DNA of 64,000 bases from Patescibacteria group bacterium. Lineage in GTDB: Bacteria > Patescibacteriota > WWE3 > 2-01-FULL-39-13. Below the pieces are notes generated by a model. The model was not told where the DNA came from, did no database searches, and saw nothing but the letters and a program-made list of their open reading frames with translations. Shown here one piece after another: positions 18,512-26,843 of the stretch (the stretch's first letter is position 1; each line of letters begins with the position of its first letter). The stretch spans positions 21,785 through 85,784 of the forward strand of contig JASNYX010000003.1 of NCBI GenBank assembly GCA_048499955.1, read 5' to 3'. Both the position numbers and the translations under genes were made by a program.

Positions 18512-18615
18512 ACTGTAGTAAGTGAATACATTCGAAGAAGTTGAAACCTCCTTACTATGCTTCAAGATGATTTCGCACGGTGTTAAGGGTTTGAAACTTT
18601 TGATAATATTAGGGC

Positions 18616-19518
18616 ATGCAAAAAATAACTCCACACTTATGGTTTGATAAAGAAGCGAAAGAGGCCGCAGAGTTTTACGCTTCTGTATTTTCTAATTCTA
18701 AAGTCACAAAGGTGACGACTTTGCACGACACCCCATCGGGCGATTGCGACATCGTTAGTTTTAATATTCGTGGATTCGAGTTCATGTCTATTAGTGCCGG
18801 ACCGATGTTTAAAATTAATCCTTCGGTATCTTTCATGATTAACTTTGATCCGTCTCGGGAAGATAACTCTGCCCAAAGCCTTGATGCTGCGTGGGCAAGA
18901 CTTATCGACGGCGGAAAAATTCTCATGCCGCTTGATAAATATCCATTTAGTGAAAAATATGGCTGGGTAGAAGACAAATATGGTGTTTCTTGGCAGTTAA
19001 TATTAACGAATCCGGAAGGTGAAGAACGTCCGCCGGTTATTCCATGTTTATTGTTTACTCAAAGTGTTTGCGGAAAAACTGAGGAAGCAATTAATTTTTA
19101 CCTTGACGTATTCAAAGAATCAAAACTAGGCGCCATGATGAAATACCCTGCAGGCATGGAACCTGAAAAAGAGGGAACAGTAATGTTCGCCGATTTTAAA
19201 CTGCATGATGTTTGGATCGCTGCTATGGATAGTGCCCGTGAACACGCATTTCAATTCAATGAAGCTGTGTCATTCATGGTGAATTGTGATACTCAAGAAG
19301 AAATTGATCACCTCTGGGAAAAATTATCTGCTGTTCCTGAAGCTGAACAATGCGGATGGCTGAAAGATAAATTCGGACTTTCTTGGCAGGTAACGCCAAC
19401 ACGCATGCAGGAATTTATGGAAAACAGTAATCCTGAAGCTGTAAATCGGGTTACACAAGCATTTCTGAAAATGAAAAAATTCAATATTGCAGAACTTGAA
19501 GAAGCTGCTAAGGGATAA
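18616..19518 (+). CDS. Tandem PhnB-like / VOC (glyoxalase-fold) domain protein
   Basis: Two internal repeats, each starting with KITPHLWF.. / PVIPCLLF.. and containing YGVSWQL/FGLSWQV, as in PF06983-like proteins. Confidence 0.55.
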   Translation: MQKITPHLWFDKEAKEAAEFYASVFSNSKVTKVTTLHDTPSGDCDIVSFNIRGFEFMSISAGPMFKINPSVSFMINFDPSREDNSAQSLDAAWARLIDGGKILMPLDKYPFSEKYGWVEDKYGVSWQLILTNPEGEERPPVIPCLLFTQSVCGKTEEAINFYLDVFKESKLGAMMKYPAGMEPEKEGTVMFADFKLHDVWIAAMDSAREHAFQFNEAVSFMVNCDTQEEIDHLWEKLSAVPEAEQCGWLKDKFGLSWQVTPTRMQEFMENSNPEAVNRVTQAFLKMKKFNIAELEEAAKG

Positions 19519-19523
19519 TCAGA

Positions 19524-21032
19524 TTAATTAACTTCAGGTAAAGGTTTTTTCGCAGGGCCGGTTATGACTTCGCCTTTTTTGTTGAATCTGCTTCCGTGGC
19601 AGGGGCAATCCCAGGTTTTTTCGGTAGAATTCCAATTTACTAAGCATCCTAGGTGAGTACAGCTTGCAGAAAGTTTTGTTGTTTTGCCTTCGCGATTCTT
19701 GTAAACTGCAATCTTTTTTCCCTTAGTTTCGACGATTTTACCTTCATTAATTTTTATTGATGATTCATCAAAGGTTTCAAAAGAACCAAAGTATTTTTTC
19801 GTATAAGCTTTTACGGCAGTTGCGAGTTTTTGAAATAAGCTTTTCGTAACTATTACTCTGGCTAAAGGATAAAGTTTTGTTAATTGGTTTTCTTTTCCTG
19901 TTACAAGATCTGTAATGATTCTTGCGGATATTGTTCCGAATGTTATTCCTGTACCAGCAAACCCAGTGGCAACAAGCACCTTGTTATTTTCAGGAAGAAA
20001 ACCTATAAACGGTAGTCCGTCAGTTGTTTCGATTACTTGTCCACTCCACTTATATAATATTTTATATTGGGCTTGTGGAAGATGTTCTTTGAGATAGTTT
20101 TCGAGTTGTTGATATTTCTTTTCACTGTTATGAATATTTCCGCCGGTATCATGGTCGCCACCTCCGATTGCCAACATTGGTTTGCCGCTGTTAGTTTTAT
20201 CTACTCGAATGTAATTGTATGGATCTTCTGTATCCCAATATAAGCAATCTTCAAGATCCAGGTTTTGGATTTCGGTATAAATTACATATGTGTTTCTCTG
20301 TATAAGTTGGTTTTGGATCAGATATGGCCCACCGAACGGATTATGTGTTGCTATAACTGCATAGTCTGTGGTTATATTGCCTGTTTCGGTTTTAACTATT
20401 ACACCTTTGTTGGTATTTTCAGTTTCTATTTCTAAGGCTTTTGTATTTTCGAAAATCTGAACTCCATTTTGTTTGATGACCTCGGTTAAACCCACCAAGT
20501 ATTTGAGGGGGTGAAATTTTGCCTGATTAAGAAATTCAATGTATCCGTGATTTTTAATTATTACCCGATCGTCTGTTTTGAACGGGTAGTTAAAGCCGGC
20601 TTCTCTTGCAACTTCAGATTCTTCTTTTAGAAACTCGACATCTTCCGGATGTAAAGTATATCCGTAAACGCTGGTTCTCATGAATTCACATTCTATCTTT
20701 TCATATGTAGAAATATTTTCGATGAGTTGAATTGCATCTTCCTGAGATCTAAGTACCCATTTCACCTTTTCGATATCCCACCTATTTTTTATTTGTGTTA
20801 ATGCGGTATCAGGGTAGGTACTTAGAAAGGCCGTTGTATACGAAGTTTCTCCTGAATATATTTCCCCTTTATCTATAAGAATCACTTTTTTACCTGTCTT
20901 GTTAAGCAAATAAGCTGTTGTGATGCCTGTTATGCCGGCACCAATGACGACAACTTCTGAAGTAGTGTCTTGCTGGAGCATGGGAAAGTTGGGCTTTTGT
21001 GTAGCAGATTCAGACCAGTAGGTGTCTTTCAT
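19524..21032 (-). CDS. FAD-dependent oxidoreductase fused to a C-terminal Rieske [2Fe-2S] domain
   Basis: N-terminal VVVIGAGITGITTA dinucleotide-binding motif. C-terminal CTHLGC...(17)...CPCHGSRF Rieske boxes. Confidence 0.75.
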   Translation of the reverse strand: MKDTYWSESATQKPNFPMLQQDTTSEVVVIGAGITGITTAYLLNKTGKKVILIDKGEIYSGETSYTTAFLSTYPDTALTQIKNRWDIEKVKWVLRSQEDAIQLIENISTYEKIECEFMRTSVYGYTLHPEDVEFLKEESEVAREAGFNYPFKTDDRVIIKNHGYIEFLNQAKFHPLKYLVGLTEVIKQNGVQIFENTKALEIETENTNKGVIVKTETGNITTDYAVIATHNPFGGPYLIQNQLIQRNTYVIYTEIQNLDLEDCLYWDTEDPYNYIRVDKTNSGKPMLAIGGGDHDTGGNIHNSEKKYQQLENYLKEHLPQAQYKILYKWSGQVIETTDGLPFIGFLPENNKVLVATGFAGTGITFGTISARIITDLVTGKENQLTKLYPLARVIVTKSLFQKLATAVKAYTKKYFGSFETFDESSIKINEGKIVETKGKKIAVYKNREGKTTKLSASCTHLGCLVNWNSTEKTWDCPCHGSRFNKKGEVITGPAKKPLPEVN

Positions 21033-21151
21033 ATGGAAAGTATAATGCGAAATTATTTAAAACACACTTTTATGAGAGATAGAAGTTTTTGGGATTTTGC
21101 GGTGTATCACTAATCATTGAAGTGATATAATGACTTATAGTTAATTTCTCG

Positions 21152-21763
21152 ATGTTCGACAGTTCTGTTAAAATAAATCTACTATTAATACCTCTGCTCA
21201 TCATTATTTCCTTATTTCACGCACGGGATTCTTACGCACATCCGGGAGGCACGGCTGCAGATGGTTGTCACTATTGTCGAACAAATTGTTCTAAGTGGGG
21301 GGAAATTGATGGTGCTCGACATTGCCATGGAGCTACTTCAAACCAATCTGCACCAAAGCCAAAGCCGACTGTTGTTTTGACACCCATCCCTACATCAGGT
21401 GCGAAAAGCACGATAAGCCCTACCAATATTTCAACTCCAACACCGACCCCATCTCCTCTAATATGCCCTGAAAATTCGACGTATAGTTTTGTTACAGATA
21501 CTTGCCAGTGTGATGAGAGCTATGAACAAGATGGAAACACATGTAAATATGTTACGCCAGAAAATAGCCAAGCGACACCAGTAGTTGAAGCAGTTGATGA
21601 TGCTATAGGTGGTGAAAAAGTATTAGGATCGGAAGATAGAATTCTAAACGAAGAAAGTTCTGGAGAAGAGACTAGCCTCGTGTCGTTGCTATTAGGTGGA
21701 TTAACAGTAGTGGGGGGAGCATATTTTGGGTATAAGTTGGGTCGCAGAAAAACCACTGAGTAA
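21152..21763 (+). CDS. Secreted Cys/His-rich protein (YHYH-like motif) with Thr/Pro-rich linker and C-terminal TM anchor
   Basis: Signal peptide, HPGGTAADGCHYCRTNC..HCHG, a PTP-rich linker and a C-terminal hydrophobic segment plus RRK. Confidence 0.4.
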   Translation: MFDSSVKINLLLIPLLIIISLFHARDSYAHPGGTAADGCHYCRTNCSKWGEIDGARHCHGATSNQSAPKPKPTVVLTPIPTSGAKSTISPTNISTPTPTPSPLICPENSTYSFVTDTCQCDESYEQDGNTCKYVTPENSQATPVVEAVDDAIGGEKVLGSEDRILNEESSGEETSLVSLLLGGLTVVGGAYFGYKLGRRKTTE

Positions 21764-21836
21764 AACAGGATCTCTAATCTTCCAACCTCTTCGATATTCA
21801 AAGATAAAACATATCGCCCTCACGTATAATGAGTGA

Positions 21837-22499
21837 GTGTTAAAGAATAAACAAATAATAGATATTTTCAAATTACTGGCAATTCTTGCGGCATTTTATT
21901 TGGTGCTCAGATTTGTGCTGCTTCCTGTTGTTACCTCTGCTGAGTTTCGAGATTTCACGGAAAATGCAGGCTTATTCGGATATCTATTAGTAATTGGGTA
22001 TATTGCGATTTCTCAAGTATTCATTCCATTAGCCGGAACCCCGGGAGTAGTTTTGGGTGTAACCATCTATGGAATTGATACCGGTATGTGGCTTCTTTAC
22101 TTTGCTGGGCTAATCAGTGCTACTATTAATTTCTATATTTCCAGAAAGTTTGGAAGAGCTTGGGTCGAAAGATTAACAGGCAAGAAGGCTTTAAAAGAAA
22201 TTGATACGTTTGCCGCTGTTGAAGGTAAAGAAATTCTTATTGTAAGCAGGCTGATAGGTTTTGCCATCTTCGATTTTATTTCGTATGCTGCAGGGTTAAC
22301 AAACTTGCGGTTTCGAGATTATTTTATAATAACTGCTTTAGTGAGCATTATTCCTAATATGATATTCAAGTTTTTCTTCAGAGATATTGATATGGAAAGC
22401 GAGCAGGGAGTTATGCTCTGGGTCGGAACTATCATTTTAGCGGCAATCATTTTCGGATTCTTCATCAAATTATATATTAAAAGAAGGAAGAAATTATAA
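21837..22499 (+). CDS. DedA/TVP38-family membrane protein
   Basis: Multi-TM with FIPLAGTPGVVLG and GR motifs typical of the SNARE-associated/DedA family. Confidence 0.6.
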   Translation: MLKNKQIIDIFKLLAILAAFYLVLRFVLLPVVTSAEFRDFTENAGLFGYLLVIGYIAISQVFIPLAGTPGVVLGVTIYGIDTGMWLLYFAGLISATINFYISRKFGRAWVERLTGKKALKEIDTFAAVEGKEILIVSRLIGFAIFDFISYAAGLTNLRFRDYFIITALVSIIPNMIFKFFFRDIDMESEQGVMLWVGTIILAAIIFGFFIKLYIKRRKKL

Positions 22500-22536
22500 G
22501 TTGTTCGATTTGAGTTGAATGCTTAAGATTTTAAAA

Positions 22537-22563
22537 AGGCGCTCTGTGAGCGCCTCCTTTGGG
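22537..22563 (+). terminator. Probable terminator hairpin after the DedA gene
   Basis: GGCGCTC-TGTG-AGCGCC followed by a TCCTTT run (weak T tract). Confidence 0.4.
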
Positions 22564-22755
22564 AACCGGAAAAGATGATACATCTCTCATAAATCCTCTC
22601 TTCCGCTTAAACTAAAAACTGATCCCGAGCATTTACAAGAGTTCAAAAACTCTTTAAGCACTTGAAAATGCCCGGGATTTGTAACTAATGCTCCTGTGGT
22701 TGTTTTGTATTTGTATCTCATGCTCATAATATAGCCCTAAAGCTAGAGTATGTAT

Positions 22756-22847
22756 TGACAATAAACTAACCATTTCATAACAAATACCTGACAATACGCA
22801 TTTTTCTAGCCTGTTAATAATCTGACAATAAGGTGATAAAATTATCA
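22756..22847 (+). promoter_or_regulatory. Three direct TGACAATA repeats (22756, 22789, 22823; 33-34 bp apart) plus palindrome TGATAA-AA-TTATCA (22834-22847) upstream of the ATPase-wHTH regulator gene
   Basis: Direct reading of the 365-bp intergenic region. The helical-turn periodicity suits a direct-repeat-binding winged-helix protein. Confidence 0.3.
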
Positions 22848-22864
22848 GGTACTGCCCAAGCGAA

Positions 22865-23878
22865 ATGGCGACATTAAATACAGAACCCGAGGGTATGTAC
22901 CCCGAATATAAATCAGATATCACAGAGGCTTTTGTCAGGATAATGAAAAGTGGAGAAAGCTTCAGATTCACCTCTGAATCGGGGATGGGCAAGAGCAAGT
23001 ATCTTCGTTATATTTCCGCTTCAAAAACTATTTACTCACGATTTTTTTCTAAAGATAAAATTAAACTGGTATATATCGATCTAAATGGTGTGTATAGACG
23101 TAATGCCGAAGATCTGATTTTACAGTTCAACAAGGCTTTAGGGATTAAAGAGTCATTGCCGGATAGTGATCGGTTAATGGCTGAGGTTTTCAAAGTATTA
23201 GAGGAATATGAAAAAATATATTTCTTAGTTGATCAGGCAGAGATATTATCCGGATTTTCAGATGAAGCCATACATTTGCTACGTTCATGGCGTGATACTT
23301 ATAAGAATAAAATGTCGTATGTGTTTTCATTTGAGAAAGGATTACCGATTGACCAAATGAAGTTAAGATACTTGCTAAATATTACTTACATCGATATTTA
23401 CTTCCGTGCATTGAATCTTGAAGAATCCCATGCCTGTGTTATGCAGGAAGTTGCCAAAATGGGAATAAATATTTCTAATGATGAAAAACTAAAGATCATA
23501 GAGTTGGCAAATGGAGTTCCACGCGAAATTAAGCGTTTGGTAAGTGATTTATTTTCAGGAAAAGAACTTCGCGCTCTTGAGATACAGGACAAACCGATTG
23601 AAACTCCTAATTTTCCACAACAAGAAGATTTACTAGAGGTTGCACAACGAAGTCTGACTAAAAACGAGTACCTATTCTTTAGTAAACTATGTTCGATGAA
23701 AGATAACCGTGTTTTGCACAGAGATGAAATCGCAAATATTATAAGCCCTGAAAGTAGCGGGGCAGGTGTTAGTAATGAAGCCATTGACCAGTTGGTTAGT
23801 AGAACTCGAAAGGCATTAAGTCTGATTAACCCTGATATAGAGATAAAAACAAAAAGAGGTTTGGGATACTATATTTAA
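22865..23878 (+). CDS. P-loop ATPase fused to C-terminal OmpR/PhoB-type winged-helix DNA-binding domain
   Basis: Walker A SESGMGKSK. Walker-B-like IYFLVDQAE. C-terminus ...LVSRTRKALS...KTKRGLGYYI matches the trans_reg_C ending. Confidence 0.6.
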   Translation: MATLNTEPEGMYPEYKSDITEAFVRIMKSGESFRFTSESGMGKSKYLRYISASKTIYSRFFSKDKIKLVYIDLNGVYRRNAEDLILQFNKALGIKESLPDSDRLMAEVFKVLEEYEKIYFLVDQAEILSGFSDEAIHLLRSWRDTYKNKMSYVFSFEKGLPIDQMKLRYLLNITYIDIYFRALNLEESHACVMQEVAKMGINISNDEKLKIIELANGVPREIKRLVSDLFSGKELRALEIQDKPIETPNFPQQEDLLEVAQRSLTKNEYLFFSKLCSMKDNRVLHRDEIANIISPESSGAGVSNEAIDQLVSRTRKALSLINPDIEIKTKRGLGYYI

Positions 23879-24879
23879 AAATCAAAAATCTTGGTCCAGA
23901 AATTTACCGTAAATTCGACAACCGAAACAAAGATTTTGACTACCGGGTTGAGTATCTTACTATACAGATTCTCGAAAACCGATGGTCCTTCGTTATCGGG
24001 TGTATTGTCTCCTAAAACTTTTGGTTCTTCGTCATAAAGAATAAGCTTAGGGGTTTCTGAAGTTTGACTGCCCAGAACAGGACTTGAAAAAACTGTTTCC
24101 TGGAGGTTTTGTTCTATTGTTGATACACGTTCGGGAAGTATTAAATAAGCAGCTTTGGCAAATTCTTTTAAAGTATTGGTTCCTTTGCCGTCATTTGCCA
24201 TCACCATGCTTGTCGGTAAAAATTCTACTTGTGTTAGTCCGGGAAGTAATCCGGTCAGAAGAACAGTTGCAAATAGTCCTTCTTCGCTGTTGTATCCCGG
24301 GTTAGGAAGGCCTCCTGTGATTCGGGCAAACCCTTTTTCATTGTCGATTTCTTTTTGGAGAAAAACTTCAGCAAACGAGTTGTGTGTTGTTATTTCAACG
24401 ACATTAATTTCATTGGGATCAAAAGATAAATCTGCTTGTATTGCGTTAACCGAGGTTTCTATTCCTTTGATTTCTATTTTTAAGGGGAATATTTCGCCAA
24501 GCTTATATTGTTGGCGTGCAGGTGTATCGAAGTATGCGGTTTTTCTAGTTGCGGTGAAACCCAGCTTTTGCAGAATAAGATGTTCTCCATAAACAATCAA
24601 TAAAGATAGACTCGAAATGCATATCAGTATTAAGAAATTATAAAAAGCGGATCTAAGATTGCGTGGAGATTTACTTTTACTAGCGTTGGTTCTGCATATT
24701 TCACAATATTCGTCTTCCCCGACTTTATTGCAGATTAGGCATGGAGGGTAATTACTGGTTGTGAAGTAAATGATTAAATAAGCGATAGAAATAAAAATTC
24801 CGGCGAGTGCAAAAACATGCACGATAATAAAGGCGATTAGAGGTAGTAATAATAAAAGTATTTTATTAGTTGTATTCAT
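23875..24879 (-). CDS. Membrane protein with N-terminal Cys4 ribbon and a cohesin-like extracellular domain
   Basis: TM segments, CLICN..(8)..CEIC, then a beta-rich domain PLKIEIKGIETSVNAIQADLSFDPNEINVVEITT...FARITGG resembling type-I cohesin modules. Confidence 0.4.
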   Translation of the reverse strand: MNTTNKILLLLLPLIAFIIVHVFALAGIFISIAYLIIYFTTSNYPPCLICNKVGEDEYCEICRTNASKSKSPRNLRSAFYNFLILICISSLSLLIVYGEHLILQKLGFTATRKTAYFDTPARQQYKLGEIFPLKIEIKGIETSVNAIQADLSFDPNEINVVEITTHNSFAEVFLQKEIDNEKGFARITGGLPNPGYNSEEGLFATVLLTGLLPGLTQVEFLPTSMVMANDGKGTNTLKEFAKAAYLILPERVSTIEQNLQETVFSSPVLGSQTSETPKLILYDEEPKVLGDNTPDNEGPSVFENLYSKILNPVVKIFVSVVEFTVNFWTKIFDF

Positions 24880-25574
24880 TATTTATTTATGTGGTGCAAT
24901 AAAATTGAAAAATCTATTGAATCGCATTCGTTATCACTGTTTAAATCGCACATATTCTTTTCTTTTGTTTTCCAATATGAAGCCCAGCCTAGTAAGGCTA
25001 TCTCCATCTCATCCGTACTAATAATATTATCATTGTTTAAATCATAAATTTTCAATTTCTCGGGAAGTCCCGGTACGGTAAATATCGTGAGGTTATCTGT
25101 TCTTGGTTGTTGTTGGATATTTTGATTAAAGGTGTTTTCCTTATCGCTCAGATCTTGTTGTTCTGAATCGGATGATTCTTCTTGGTTTGAAGCATCGTTT
25201 GAGGTTTTCTTAACTGTATAACATTGTTGGGTGCTGAATGAACAATCCGGATTGCAGGTAAGTGTTCCGTTAGTGTGACCGAAAGAAGTACAACTTTTTG
25301 AGTTTAAGTCTGAGTTATCGCATTCCTCGCCGCCTTCTTTTATTCCGTTGCCACAGATACTGATTTGTATTGTTGCCTCAATATCCGCAGTTTGTGCGTT
25401 AGCAGTATGCAGAAAAATTGTCGTAAACAGTATGGCAACAATAGTAATAATTCTTTGATATTTCTGTTTGGCCGGTTTAGCTTTGGGGGACTTTGAATCT
25501 AATGTTGTGGCTCGCCTGCTCAGTTTAATTTTCATGAGAATTAATATGGATGCCGCGCCCGAAGTATAGGGCAA
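24879..25574 (-). CDS. Secreted protein with Cys-rich CGNGxxExGEECD repeat and C-terminal dockerin-like Ca-binding repeats
   Basis: Signal/TM. CGNGIKEGGEECDN matches the Myxococcus-type Cys-rich repeat. DLNNDNIISTDEM and DLNSDNECDSIDF are dockerin-like 12-residue loops. Confidence 0.5.
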   Translation of the reverse strand: MPYTSGAASILILMKIKLSRRATTLDSKSPKAKPAKQKYQRIITIVAILFTTIFLHTANAQTADIEATIQISICGNGIKEGGEECDNSDLNSKSCTSFGHTNGTLTCNPDCSFSTQQCYTVKKTSNDASNQEESSDSEQQDLSDKENTFNQNIQQQPRTDNLTIFTVPGLPEKLKIYDLNNDNIISTDEMEIALLGWASYWKTKEKNMCDLNSDNECDSIDFSILLHHINK

Positions 25575-25586
25575 AAGGTTTCAGAT

Positions 25587-26195
25587 CTATGATTTTTTAT
25601 TTACCTCAATCTTAATATTTAAATGCTTTTTTAGGAAGATAATGAGGATAATACCGAATAATATTACTGCCGAGACAGTGCTCCACGGTTGATTAGTATT
25701 CCAAAGTGATTTCAACCTAAAATACATTCCTTGGAATATATTCGCGGGGGATATCGTAAAATAAAGTTTCGCAGCTGCAGCAATGCTGATCGCAGTTTCC
25801 CCATCATCTGAAGCAACTTGTATTGGGTAACCTTCAAGGTAAGTAAAATAGTCAGCCGGAACAGCATTTATAGGCAAATTTAATGTTATATCCACTTTTT
25901 GAGCTTGTCCGGGTTCAAGATAAAATCTTGTTGGCTTGAATGTAAACCATGTATCACCGGGTTGCATTTGAGGTTGTCCTTCGTGAAACGCTAGCCTGAC
26001 ACCGTATTCTCCCGCGACATCGCCTGTATTTAAAACTGTTAATGGTGGAAGTTCGTAAATAATTCCGGGGGCAAGTTTATCGTCGACCTGAATTTTTCCT
26101 GTACCTACTCCAACTCCAATGGCGGCCAATATAGGGTTAGCAAAATAAAGCAGAAAAGATAAAACACCAAGTGAAAAAATAAATTTTATGAGCAT
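25587..26195 (-). CDS. Membrane-anchored secreted beta-rich protein (signal peptide plus C-terminal TM)
   Basis: Hydrophobic N- and C-termini. Pro/Gly-rich beta-strand-like core. Confidence 0.4.
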   Translation of the reverse strand: MLIKFIFSLGVLSFLLYFANPILAAIGVGVGTGKIQVDDKLAPGIIYELPPLTVLNTGDVAGEYGVRLAFHEGQPQMQPGDTWFTFKPTRFYLEPGQAQKVDITLNLPINAVPADYFTYLEGYPIQVASDDGETAISIAAAAKLYFTISPANIFQGMYFRLKSLWNTNQPWSTVSAVILFGIILIIFLKKHLNIKIEVNKKS

Positions 26196-26296
26196 AGACT
26201 AGAGATCGCATTTCAGCCAAAAAAGTTTTGAAGTGGGATCTAAGAACAATGTTAACATACCGTAATATTTAGCAATATTCTTAATTTCTTGTCGGA

Positions 26297-26809
26297 TTAA
26301 TCTGCAGAAGCTTGTACAGTCACGTTGACTGATTGCTGTGTATAACTGGTTGATGATGTAGGTACTCCGATTTGTAAATCGAATACTTGTGATCCGCTGG
26401 ATGCAACAGATCCTGATAGAGTTTGATAGTTAGTAGTTAATGCTGTCCATGTTGGTGATGAATCGCAATCTGAGGTACAGAACTTATGAAAGTATTGATC
26501 TGTACTCTGAGTGGCTGCAAGAGTCCAAGCTGCAGAGTTTTGGCCTCTGATATTAATATCGGCGGTCACATTACCATTATTAGTTGCGGTTTGTGAATCG
26601 TTTACGCCATTTGTGGTTGTATCTTCAGTTCCGCTTGCGGCCATAGTTCCATATGAAACGCTACCATCTGATACTGAAACTGAAATATTTTGAACTGTAA
26701 CAGTTGCACTAACCGTCGCCGTTTCGGCTGCATCAGCATTAAATGAAGTCAAAAAGAATGATAATAGTAGGACTAAAACGACAGGGGCAGCTGGAATTTT
26801 CATATTCAT
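26297..26809 (-). CDS. Small secreted protein consisting of the roughly 130-aa domain shared with the C-terminus of the 761-aa neighbour
   Basis: Signal peptide. Co-linear similarity to 26844..29129 residues about 625-761 (SVSYGT/ISYGT, GQN..WTL, DQY.H.F, W..LTT.YQTL, QQSV.VT.QA). Confidence 0.45.
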   Translation of the reverse strand: MNMKIPAAPVVLVLLLSFFLTSFNADAAETATVSATVTVQNISVSVSDGSVSYGTMAASGTEDTTTNGVNDSQTATNNGNVTADINIRGQNSAAWTLAATQSTDQYFHKFCTSDCDSSPTWTALTTNYQTLSGSVASSGSQVFDLQIGVPTSSTSYTQQSVNVTVQASAD

Positions 26810-26843
26810 TATTCTGACATCATCTTTATCTATGTCAACGGTT

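Noticed and set aside
22654-22998. Minus-strand ORF of 114 aa overlapping the regulator gene start
   Set aside because: It overlaps the repeat-containing intergenic region and the 5' end of the ATPase-wHTH gene. It has no ribosome-binding site and an unusual composition.
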